The notes under the pieces are model-generated. The model saw nothing but the letters and a program-made list of their open reading frames with translations, had not been told where the DNA came from and searched no databases. 64,000 bases of DNA from Nitrososphaerales archaeon (GTDB lineage: Archaea > Thermoproteota > Nitrososphaeria > Nitrososphaerales > UBA213). The position numbers were made by a program, and so were the translations under genes. Shown in pieces: positions 1 through 8,290 of the stretch; the first letter of the stretch is position 1; every line of letters starts with the position of its first letter. The stretch is from NCBI GenBank assembly GCA_046759465.1, contig JBHICH010000004.1, forward strand, positions 81 through 64,080, written 5' to 3'.

Positions 1-272
1 TAAACTGCTTTATGTTGCAACAATGGCTCCCCTCCAGTAAAGTTGACCTTGTAGGTATTCTGCACCAACTTCTCTTCAATCAACTTTATTGCATCATCAA
101 TTTCATACCGCTTTCCATCATCAAATGATAACGCAGCAGGCTGATCACACCAAAAGCATTTCAAATTACATCCAGCGAGACGAACGAATAAAGTCTTCGT
201 GCCAAAGTAAATTCCTTCTCCCTCCACACTTGTGAAAATTTCACTTATCCCTACCTTCAATTCGTTTTGCAT
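1..272 (-). CDS. queE: 7-carboxy-7-deazaguanine synthase QueE, N-terminal part (runs off window start)
   Basis: Own translation of minus strand from ATG at 272: MQNELKVGISEIFTSVEGEGIYFGTKTLFVRLAGCNLKCFWCD... It has the EIFxSxEGEG motif and a radical-SAM CxxxCxxC cluster as in QueE, and lies directly upstream of queC. It is absent from the ORF track because it is truncated by the window edge. Confidence 0.8.
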   Translation of the reverse strand, partial: MQNELKVGISEIFTSVEGEGIYFGTKTLFVRLAGCNLKCFWCDQPAALSFDDGKRYEIDDAIKLIEEKLVQNTYKVNFTGGEPLLQHKAV

Positions 273-299
273 TCTTGGTTCACCTTATTTAAATCCGTC

Positions 300-995
300 C
301 TATTCTAGATATTTCGTTTTATCTTCTATTCCTGCCTCTTTAAACGCATTCTTGCGGTTCACACATGATTCACATCTCCCACACTGTGCAACTTCACCAT
401 TTAGCTCGACGCCATCTGTGTAGCAGCTCCAAGTTTGAAACAATTTATCGCCTAGAATCTTATTCCCTATTCTCAAGAGATCAGGCTTCTCGATTCCATC
501 GAGTGCTGGCGACCAGATCTTTATTTCACTTCTAATACCCTGCCTTATTCCATCTATCTCCGCCATATTCACCATTTCATTGATCGATCTAACAAACTCT
601 GGCCTGCAGTCAGGATAGTTTTTATCACCTTTATGTGCGCCATATGCAACCATCTTAGCATCTATGCTGAATGCCCATGCAGATGCGATGCTGATGAAAA
701 TTGCATTTCTGACCGGCACAACGATGCTATAATCAAACTTGCTCGGCATGCTAGAATTGTCATCGGTTAAAACATTACTCTTCTCATAAAGTTCCTTCAT
801 AAAACTGATGTCAGCTATTTTATGCTCTTTTGCTTGTAGATAACTCGCAATGATCTTTGCTCTTTCCGATTCAATCTTGCTTCTCTGTCCGTAGTTAAAT
901 GTGATCAGATAAAGTTGATAACCATTGCTCTTTATATGAGCTGCAGTGCATGCAGAATCAACTCCACCGCTCATTATACAGATAGCTTTATTCAA
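300..995 (-). CDS. queC: 7-cyano-7-deazaguanine (preQ0) synthase QueC
   Basis: 231 aa with an N-terminal PP-loop SGGVDS and a C-terminal Zn-type Cys cluster (CGRCESCVNR), as in QueC. Confidence 0.9.
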   Translation of the reverse strand: MNKAICIMSGGVDSACTAAHIKSNGYQLYLITFNYGQRSKIESERAKIIASYLQAKEHKIADISFMKELYEKSNVLTDDNSSMPSKFDYSIVVPVRNAIFISIASAWAFSIDAKMVAYGAHKGDKNYPDCRPEFVRSINEMVNMAEIDGIRQGIRSEIKIWSPALDGIEKPDLLRIGNKILGDKLFQTWSCYTDGVELNGEVAQCGRCESCVNRKNAFKEAGIEDKTKYLE

Positions 996-1042
996 ACTAG
1001 CAATTGTTCTAAAAACACACTAATAGGTGTATTGAAAATTTC

Positions 1043-1429
1043 TTACTTCCCTGGGTCGCTATCTATAATTTCAATCCATATACCATTTGGATCCTTAACA
1101 AACGCAATTTTATGACTGCTGCCCTTCAATGCATATGGTTCCTTTGCGATTTCAACACCCAACTCGCGCAACCTTTCGATCTCTTTTTCAACATCACTGA
1201 CTTGGAATGCAAGGTGATCCAACTGGTCTCCCTCTGTGTAATCAGTCTTGCTCCTCCACCATGTTAACTCGATCTGACGGTTGCTGTTTGGATCCTCGAT
1301 GAAGGCTATCTCAGCGTTATTCTCTCGAATCTCTCTCCTCCTCACAAATCTCATTCCAAATATTTCGGTATAAAATTTCAGACTTTCATCCATGTCTTTA
1401 ACCGTGATAGATGTATGCAGAAGCTTCAT
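1043..1429 (-). CDS. VOC-family protein (glyoxalase I / lactoylglutathione lyase-like)
   Basis: 128 aa. Pattern HTSITVKDMDESLKFY...GM...ELTW...HLAFQV.D...AFVKDPNGIWIEI is typical of the glyoxalase/bleomycin-resistance fold. Confidence 0.75.
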   Translation of the reverse strand: MKLLHTSITVKDMDESLKFYTEIFGMRFVRRREIRENNAEIAFIEDPNSNRQIELTWWRSKTDYTEGDQLDHLAFQVSDVEKEIERLRELGVEIAKEPYALKGSSHKIAFVKDPNGIWIEIIDSDPGK

Positions 1430-1515
1430 GATTTATCAGATCGAAAGATCGGGTATAAATTTTGCTACCTCACTCATCAAGCACTTTAATAATTTGGACC
1501 TAGATAGAAGCAAAG

Positions 1516-2592
1516 ATGGATACGATTCGTACACTAAAGATCCTTGGCAAATGGTCAGTCAACAGAATGATGGGGCAGAGACGACCATTGATTGCTGTCT
1601 TTAGCATGACGCATTACTGCAACTTCTTCTGTCCAATGTGTCCCTTTGGCGATCCAGACAAGGAAGGTCAGATAAAACTTGCACTAAAGAAGGATCTCAC
1701 TACTGAGCAGTGGAAGTATGTTATGAACAAAGTTGCTCCGTACTGCATATGGTCGATTGTAGAGGGAGGAGAGCCAACCAGCAGGAAGGATATTCTTGAG
1801 TTGCTGCAGCATCTTAAGGCTTTGAAACTCCCTATTACGATGATATCTAACTGTTCGCTTTTGCATAGAATTGACCTAAACGAAATCAAGAAGAATGTAG
1901 ATTTTTTCTGCTGCAGCATAGACTCGATAAAGCAGGATTCGTACTGCAAGGTTAGGGGCGTAAGCCCTGAAACCTTTAACAGGGTTATTCAAAATGTCAA
2001 GATGCTTGGCGACTACAAGATCAGGCGTTACCTTAACTCAGTGATTACAAAGTGGAACGCAGAAGAGTTCATCAGCGGTGAATACTTTGACTTTGTCAAG
2101 AAGGAACTCGATGTTCATACAGTAGGCTTGACATTTGTAGAAGATAGATCAGATGTCGATTTCTCATTATTGCCAGATAGGCAGACCATGGTCAAGGTTT
2201 GCGAAAGTGTTCTAGACTACATGAAGAAGAACCCAGATCCATTCATTCTCATACCGCCATTGTACTGGCAGCAGATAATAGATCATGGTAGAGTACTCTT
2301 CGATGAGTGCGGCATATGGAAGACCGTATATGTTAATGGCAATGGCACGATAATGGTTCCCTGCTGGAAGTACAATACACCTGACAGAACCTTCAGCTTA
2401 CTTGATCATGAAGTCGATGAGCTTTGGAGTTTGCCAGAATGGGATATGGTAAAAACCTGCAAGGACTGCGAGGTTTTGGGATGTGTCTGGTATTCATCGC
2501 AGAGTCCTTCTGTTGTGGCAAGAGGATACCTGCGAGGAATTTCAACACTAATAAAAAGACAGATGGCTCCTCAAATCATACAATCAAGTTAG
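1516..2592 (+). CDS. radical SAM enzyme with SPASM/twitch-like C-terminal Cys motifs, substrate unknown
   Basis: 358 aa. It has a CNFFCPMC (CxxxCxxC) cluster, a GGEPT SAM-binding motif, and C-terminal CGIWKTVYVNGNGTIMVPC ... CKDCEVLGC resembling an auxiliary-cluster SPASM region. Confidence 0.8.
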   Translation: MDTIRTLKILGKWSVNRMMGQRRPLIAVFSMTHYCNFFCPMCPFGDPDKEGQIKLALKKDLTTEQWKYVMNKVAPYCIWSIVEGGEPTSRKDILELLQHLKALKLPITMISNCSLLHRIDLNEIKKNVDFFCCSIDSIKQDSYCKVRGVSPETFNRVIQNVKMLGDYKIRRYLNSVITKWNAEEFISGEYFDFVKKELDVHTVGLTFVEDRSDVDFSLLPDRQTMVKVCESVLDYMKKNPDPFILIPPLYWQQIIDHGRVLFDECGIWKTVYVNGNGTIMVPCWKYNTPDRTFSLLDHEVDELWSLPEWDMVKTCKDCEVLGCVWYSSQSPSVVARGYLRGISTLIKRQMAPQIIQSS

Positions 2593-2960
2593 AATCCTGG
2601 AATGAAGAGCACCATGGATATCAGCAGGACAGTGCCAATTGCAGTTGTTATTATCATGAAGGGAAAACCAACTTTAAAGAATTCTCTGAATGTTATCGGA
2701 TAACCCATTCTTTCACTTATTCCAGCAGAAACTAGGTTAGCACTCGCACCTACAAGCGTTCCATTACGCCCTAGGCCGGTACCAATAGCTAGTGCCCACC
2801 AAAGAGGATTGGTTGCAAATCTTCCTAACTGGTCAGCAAAGACAGGATCCAAACTTACTGACTCAACCAAGGGTAACATTGTAGCTGTATATGGAATAGT
2901 ATCAACAAATGCACTTGCAATTGCAGACATCCAGATCATAACGACGGTCGTAGGAATCAA
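2589..2960 (-). pseudogene. C-terminal ~120 aa remnant of an ArsB/NhaD/CitMHS-type anion permease
   Basis: The ORF matches only the last helices of this permease family (NPLWWALAIGTGLGRNGTLVGASANLV..GISERMGYPITFREFFKVGFP). An in-frame stop lies immediately upstream, and only 68 nt separate it from thrB, so the expected ~300 N-terminal residues are missing. Confidence 0.5.
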
Positions 2961-3028
2961 CTCACTTTAGCGCACGAGAGGTAATCTTATTTTTGTTTGC
3001 TTTACTATATGTGACCTTATGCTAAAGT

Positions 3029-3982
3029 TTAGTTAGATTCCAGTAGTTCTGCACCATTACTAGCCTTGCAATGCACGGTTTTACATGCAAGATTGGCAAC
3101 CCTGAAGCCCTCCTCCATAGCTTTGCAGATCCTTTCCGAGCTCTGCTTTCCATCTTTCATGAATGCGATCACAGATGGACCTGCACCACTTATCGTTACA
3201 GCAAGTGCACCAGCATCCAGTGATTTCTTCCTCACTTCATCATAACTTGGGATCAGATGAGCTCTTGCTGGTTCAATTATAACATCTTTTACGGCTTTAC
3301 CTATCATATCTGTATCCTTCAGCATGAAACCTGCCACCATTGTGCATGCATTTGCAATATTGCTCACAACCTGCTTTAGTGGAACCTTGTCAGGCAAAAC
3401 GCTTCTTGCTACTTCGGTCTTCTTCTTCGGAACCTCCATTGTTGGAATTGCCAAACATAATGTTAGATCCTTTGGCGGTTCTATACGTACAATGTTCAAT
3501 GGTTCCGTTCTGACTATAACAAAACCGCCAAAGAAAGATGCAGATACATTGTCGTAGTGCATTGAACCTGCAGTTGCAATTTCACCAACTGCAGCATACT
3601 TGACGAGGGAACTCTTGTCTAAGCCAAGACCGAAAAGTGAATCGAATGCAATTGCAGCTGCAGAGGCTGATGCTGCACTGCTTCCAAGTCCAAAGCCAGC
3701 AGGCACACCTTTTTGCACCTTGATCTTCAGACCGATACCGGATCTGTAATCTTCAAGCATCTTGGTGATAACCAGACCTGCTGAATTCGCTTCCGTCTGT
3801 AGTGGTATAGTGCTCCCATACTCGCCATGAACCTCAATTTGTATCGAGCGCGTTTGTACAACTTCCAATTCGACTCTGTCATGAAATGCATCTAGCGCTA
3901 AACCAAAGACGTCGAAACCTGGACCTAGGTTTGCAGTTGACGATGGTGCACTTGCAACTACCCTTCTATGCTTTGCATTCAT
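3029..3982 (-). CDS. thrB: homoserine kinase
   Basis: GHMP-kinase motif PAGFGLGSSAASASAAA and N-terminal ANLGPGFDVFGLAL. The ORF extends to 4024, but the ATG at 3982 (MNAKHRR...) gives the family-typical N-terminus. Confidence 0.85.
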   Translation of the reverse strand: MNAKHRRVVASAPSSTANLGPGFDVFGLALDAFHDRVELEVVQTRSIQIEVHGEYGSTIPLQTEANSAGLVITKMLEDYRSGIGLKIKVQKGVPAGFGLGSSAASASAAAIAFDSLFGLGLDKSSLVKYAAVGEIATAGSMHYDNVSASFFGGFVIVRTEPLNIVRIEPPKDLTLCLAIPTMEVPKKKTEVARSVLPDKVPLKQVVSNIANACTMVAGFMLKDTDMIGKAVKDVIIEPARAHLIPSYDEVRKKSLDAGALAVTISGAGPSVIAFMKDGKQSSERICKAMEEGFRVANLACKTVHCKASNGAELLESN

Positions 3983-4124
3983 GCTGCTATTCAACTTCTT
4001 CTCCCATCTTAAGCATTCTGTCATAACCCCAAATAATATATTAATATAATAGTAATCGATTTTTCAATATCTAATTAATCATAACCCTTTAACCTTATTA
4101 CCATGCTGTGACTTTTTAACGGCG

Positions 4125-5120
4125 TTGAAATGGCGAATAATTGCTGTCATTGCAAGCATCATTCCTTTAATAATTATAGCCTTGCTGTTAGATGTTGCAC
4201 CTGAAGATATTTTTGCTGTTGGTATAGTACCTTTTCTATTAGCAAGTTTAGCTGGATTTGCAAAATTAGTGGTTCAAGGTGTGAGGTTCAGCCATTATCT
4301 TAGAAGTTTTGTAGGGCGAGTCGGGAGCATCGGCAAGAATATTGAAATTAGGATGGGAAGTGAATTTGTAACTCTGACTACTCCAGCTTACACTGGGGGA
4401 GAGTTTGTGCGAGTTGCATGGTTATACAAGAAAGGAGTGCATTCAGGTAAGGGTATGTGGATAGTAACCACAGAAGTTATCAGCGATGTTTTGGTTGGCA
4501 GTATATTAGCATTTATGGCAGCATTTCTCGCATTCATTTCCGAAAATTATCTAATTGCCACTAGCATAGTTGTAATTACAGCTCCAATATTTACAGCCTA
4601 TATGACCTTACTAATTTTATCCTCAAAAAGAATTCTGCAGATGCCGAGATTTACTCTTCCTTTGCTAACAAGGTTTGTCGGTTCTGCAAAGGGAGAAAAG
4701 TGGACTAACACCATGAACGATGCGGTAAAGGTACTCTGCGAGTCGGCCAGGGAAAACCTGTATAGATCATCATCGATCAAGATATTTGCTGTCGGACTTG
4801 CTCTAACATTTTTAGGTGCATCATTACATGGCTTGACTTTCATGCTTATTGCAAATACAACAGCTACTTTAGGATTTTTCGAGTCGCTGATGTCAGTCGC
4901 TGCCTCTGTGGCAATAGGAACTTTACCAGTAAGCCCTGGGGGTTCAGGTTTGAGCGAAGTTGGTATCGGATACTATCTGGTCACGTTTGGCATGGATCCT
5001 ACTACCTTCGGTAGCGTAATAATCGCATGGAGAGTAGCATCCTATCACATACCATTGCTAATAAGCTGGATAGCACTGATGATGACTACAGTCAAGGTAA
5101 AAAAGGGCAAGCCAACTTAG
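4125..5120 (+). CDS. polytopic membrane protein, flippase-like / LPG-synthase-TM (UPF0104)-like
   Basis: 331 aa with about 8 hydrophobic segments and a TTG start. The overall pattern and C-terminal AWRVASYHIPLL resemble the UPF0104 family. This assignment is from memory only. Confidence 0.55.
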   Translation: MKWRIIAVIASIIPLIIIALLLDVAPEDIFAVGIVPFLLASLAGFAKLVVQGVRFSHYLRSFVGRVGSIGKNIEIRMGSEFVTLTTPAYTGGEFVRVAWLYKKGVHSGKGMWIVTTEVISDVLVGSILAFMAAFLAFISENYLIATSIVVITAPIFTAYMTLLILSSKRILQMPRFTLPLLTRFVGSAKGEKWTNTMNDAVKVLCESARENLYRSSSIKIFAVGLALTFLGASLHGLTFMLIANTTATLGFFESLMSVAASVAIGTLPVSPGGSGLSEVGIGYYLVTFGMDPTTFGSVIIAWRVASYHIPLLISWIALMMTTVKVKKGKPT

Positions 5121-5815
5121 GAAAGAAGCCAGATCAGTGTTCCTAGTGCTACAAAGACAACTGGATTTATCGCTCCTGTTCTCTGCTGTATATTGGATAA
5201 CCGATTATAAACTTGCAATCGATCCTTGATATACTCTGTTGAATACTCTGCAAAGGATAGCAGACTAGGTTCTTCATTCTGTATTTTGTGAGGATACTCT
5301 ACTTCTGATTTATGATCAGTAATGTATCTAATTACCCTAGCAGATGCAATTTTTGGTTCCCCCAGTTCTCTGGGCAAAACGTATACTATTTGTGGATAGA
5401 TGAAGACTTGATTGACTTCACTTTCTATGAATCGCCACTCTAGACTTGTTCTTTGCTTAGACAGAACATATAATACGGAATTCCATGCTGATAAGAACGC
5501 ATTCAAACTCATCGTCATCGCATCAATGCCTATTGACATTATCTGCTGGCTTAGCCCGATGGAGAGCAAGACACCAGCAGCTACAATTAATGCGCTCGAA
5601 CCACCCTTGATCACTACAACCAACCATATTGTCAAAATTGCGAAAGAGATGCCAAGCAGAGCCGCACTGACGAGGATATCACGCTCCTTCACTTTGATCA
5701 ATTTAACATTGTATTCAGTAACAGGCTTTTTCTGTCGCAGAACAACGAATGTAGCACTTAGCGCTAATCTCAGAACAAGATGCCTTAACATCTCCCTTAC
5801 GATGTATACGATCAT
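5117..5815 (-). CDS. membrane protein, unknown function
   Basis: 232 aa ORF with several hydrophobic helices and no recognised motif. It is the last gene of a same-strand run spanning 7608 to 5117. Confidence 0.45.
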   Translation of the reverse strand: MIVYIVREMLRHLVLRLALSATFVVLRQKKPVTEYNVKLIKVKERDILVSAALLGISFAILTIWLVVVIKGGSSALIVAAGVLLSIGLSQQIMSIGIDAMTMSLNAFLSAWNSVLYVLSKQRTSLEWRFIESEVNQVFIYPQIVYVLPRELGEPKIASARVIRYITDHKSEVEYPHKIQNEEPSLLSFAEYSTEYIKDRLQVYNRLSNIQQRTGAINPVVFVALGTLIWLLS

Positions 5816-5892
5816 TTACATCAGCTCCAACCTACGCTCATCAGAACGTGAAGAGACTCGTATATATTGTAGGTGCGTCAGAATCATTAAAC

Positions 5893-6300
5893 CTAATCTT
5901 CAGAATCTTCCTCTGCAGTTGCTGGGGCTAAATCTGATTCTACATCCAGCAACTGAAGTGACTCCAGTTCAAATTGGTATACGCCATCCATCTCGATTTT
6001 CAGGTTTTCCTTGAGATATTCAGTCAATTTCTCGCTCAACGCTGCCTTCAACACCTTGACCTTGTAGTTGTAAACAAAACCCTTCATGAGATCATTTACA
6101 TTTATGCTCCTTGAAAGTGTAACAGATATTATGTACTTCCCAATAGGCAGCTTTTCATAAAACTGCACATCTGCTTTGTGTTTCTTTTCATCTATTTCAA
6201 GAAAGTAACCAGTTCCTTCCCATATGTCCATCTGCTTAAAGGAAGACGATGTTATCGAATTTATTTCGTCTTCAGCCCACTTGGGAAGTTCAGTGCTCAT
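5893..6300 (-). CDS. acidic cytoplasmic protein, unknown function
   Basis: 135 aa with an acidic C-terminal tail (ATAEEDSED) and no recognised motif. Confidence 0.45.
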   Translation of the reverse strand: MSTELPKWAEDEINSITSSSFKQMDIWEGTGYFLEIDEKKHKADVQFYEKLPIGKYIISVTLSRSINVNDLMKGFVYNYKVKVLKAALSEKLTEYLKENLKIEMDGVYQFELESLQLLDVESDLAPATAEEDSED

Positions 6301-6451
6301 GCACAGCCTATGGAAAATGAGGTATTTAAGACATTTTCTTCCCGCACATTTTTACACAATTGCAAAAATAAGTATTTTCATCAATATCGATTCTGAAACA
6401 AATACAAATAATTAGAATTAATAGTTGCGTCAGAAAAATATCAAAAAGGAG

Positions 6452-6652
6452 CTAGGCCTTCTTCGCAGTCTTCTTACTGAGCCACCAATCTAGATATTCC
6501 TCTTCCCTGCTCTTCTTCTTCTCTGGTCTCAATCTATCCTTAATATCGTCTATCTGTTCTCGAGTAACATAAAGCCCACACTTTTTGCATACGAAATGCT
6601 TGGTATTAGGTTCGTAATGCAGCTCTCCAGCACATTCAGGACAATTATTCAC
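6452..6652 (-). CDS. C4 zinc-ribbon protein with basic C-terminal tail
   Basis: 66 aa. CPEC...CKKC zinc ribbon followed by a Lys/Arg/Glu-rich tail (RPEKKKSREEEYLDWWLSKKTAKKA). Confidence 0.6.
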   Translation of the reverse strand: MNNCPECAGELHYEPNTKHFVCKKCGLYVTREQIDDIKDRLRPEKKKSREEEYLDWWLSKKTAKKA

Positions 6653-6705
6653 GGGATGCAGTTTCCATTGAAACTATATAAAATCGTTCGCAATATCATG
6701 AACAA

Positions 6706-7608
6706 TTAACGGTTGCCGCATCTAACACAAAGATTCCCTTCGTAATCTCTGGTGTGCTCTGTTCTAAGACCACAAACTGCGCAATATTCATACCAAGTCG
6801 CACCTATCTGCCGTTCATTTATTATCTTCTCATTCCTTTCCTGCCTTACTTCAGTTGTGGTTTCTTCATGCTTTGGCTCACTTCTTGAACTTCCTATCGA
6901 TTGGCGTAGCAGGTTTATTATCTCCTGAAGCTTTGTATCGTTTCCCAAGGAGAGGCTTGAATTTTTTATCCTCAAGTGGCGCAAAAGTACAAATAATGCG
7001 AAAGCCCCCAGCAAGAAGCTTCCAATTATTGCAGCGAGTATGATGCTAACATAACTTGCAAAATCGCTTACCTGCCTTTCCTTTATTGTACGCTCTAGAT
7101 CATCAATTCTGGAGTTCAGTTTGGCAATTTCATCCCTTATTGCTTCAGAAACAGAACCAGCCCCAGCAACTTCTAGTTTCAGATCAACTAGTTGCATACC
7201 TATGTTACTCGCAATTATGCTTGGAGCATAGACTCCTGGGCAGATCATCTCATCAACTGATAGGGTTAGTTTTGCTGAGAAGTCAGTTGTTCCTCTTGCT
7301 GGATCGAAGACAGAAGTTATTCCTTGCGGCAAACCCGTAATACCCAAAGATATGGTATCTGGGATATTGTCCTTAGACATTACAGCAATATCAAAAATAG
7401 CAGTCTCCCCTGGAAAGACTTTTGCTCTCGCAGGATTAACTGTAACGATATAGTTTGGCGATAGTGGTTCTGTAGTGGGATTTGTAATTACGACACACGT
7501 TACTGGGCTTGCTCCATACGTTTGCTTGATTGCATCTTCTATAGGTAATAAAACAATAAGACATACAGATAACGATACAATCAACATGTCAAACGTGTGT
7601 CTTATCAA
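6706..7608 (-). CDS. single-pass membrane protein: exported beta-rich domain, coiled coil, TM helix, cytoplasmic C4 zinc ribbon
   Basis: 300 aa. It has an N-terminal hydrophobic signal/anchor, a central TM (ILAAIIGSFLLGAFALFVLL) and C-terminal CAVCG...CVRCG. The track start is TTG; the ATG at 7587 (MLIVSL...) is a plausible alternative. Confidence 0.55.
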   Translation of the reverse strand: MIRHTFDMLIVSLSVCLIVLLPIEDAIKQTYGASPVTCVVITNPTTEPLSPNYIVTVNPARAKVFPGETAIFDIAVMSKDNIPDTISLGITGLPQGITSVFDPARGTTDFSAKLTLSVDEMICPGVYAPSIIASNIGMQLVDLKLEVAGAGSVSEAIRDEIAKLNSRIDDLERTIKERQVSDFASYVSIILAAIIGSFLLGAFALFVLLRHLRIKNSSLSLGNDTKLQEIINLLRQSIGSSRSEPKHEETTTEVRQERNEKIINERQIGATWYEYCAVCGLRTEHTRDYEGNLCVRCGNR

Positions 7609-7720
7609 TATTGCTCACCCATGAGTGCACCATGGTAATTTACCCATCATATGATTTGAAAGTTGGTGCTTATTTATTACATGGATTTCTAATATGGATT
7701 GCAAAGAATAATGCTTACCT

Positions 7721-7784
7721 GGTGCACGGACTTTTATCGTCATCTCACTCTGGATCAGTTCGCCCATCGTAACCGCCGTGCACC
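7721..7784. promoter_or_regulatory. perfect 9-bp inverted repeat (GGTGCACGG ... CCGTGCACC) in intergenic region
   Basis: Read directly: ggtgcacgg at 7721-7729 pairs with ccgtgcacc at 7776-7784, with a 46-nt spacer. A third GTGCACC lies at 7625-7631. The repeat lies between the AcnX small-subunit gene end and the start of the 6706..7608 gene. Confidence 0.4.
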
Positions 7785-7873
7785 AGAGCAAGCTAGATTA
7801 GAGCAGATTTAAATTAAAAGTGTTTGGATGGATATCAAGGCCAGTTTATAGATTTATGGTCGAATATCCAACT

Positions 7874-8290
7874 TCAAAGGTGCAGCGGCTGCTGCAAGCA
7901 TACTTCGATCAAGTTTTTACTTGCATCGATCTTTACCATCGAGCCAGATTTTATCGAAAATATGTTACGGCTGGGCTGATCTACAAGTGGAATCTTAGCA
8001 ATTGCGCAGCCAGATGCTGTTGCGATATCTGCCTTTTTGCAAATGACTGCTCTCGGTGCGACCTTATTGATCTTCAGTGTATAAATCGAGTATGCACCCA
8101 CGCTGCTTCCTATCGCATTTGGAAAAACAAGTATTTTGTTAGCAACACTCTTTTTGTAAAGTTCATGTTTCTCATCCTTTACGATCCCGCTCTCCAGGTC
8201 TACCATGGTCAGGAAGTTTATTGCTTGCTTGGTTACAAGGGCTTCTCCATTTCCGGAACCCTTCACAATCGCTCTACATTTTATTTGCAT
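7874..8290 (-). CDS. aconitase X small (swivel, DUF126-type) subunit; probable phosphomevalonate dehydratase small subunit
   Basis: MQIKCRAIVKGSGNGEALVTKQAINFL... is the typical DUF126 N-terminus. The ATG at 8290 overlaps the stop of the large subunit (GAATGCAAATAA), suggesting translational coupling. The track ORF runs to 8326. Confidence 0.8.
   Translation of the reverse strand: MQIKCRAIVKGSGNGEALVTKQAINFLTMVDLESGIVKDEKHELYKKSVANKILVFPNAIGSSVGAYSIYTLKINKVAPRAVICKKADIATASGCAIAKIPLVDQPSRNIFSIKSGSMVKIDASKNLIEVCLQQPLHL

Noticed and set aside
1392-1604. 70-aa plus-strand ORF as a candidate precursor peptide for the radical SAM enzyme
   Set aside because: It overlaps both the VOC gene start region and the radical SAM gene start in a different frame, and shows no leader/core features.
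7721-7784. Possible tRNA or C/D-box sRNA at the 9-bp inverted repeat
   Set aside because: The 64-nt element is too short and lacks D/T-arm structure for a tRNA. No RUGAUGA/CUGA boxes occur in the correct order on either strand. It is kept only as an unexplained inverted repeat.
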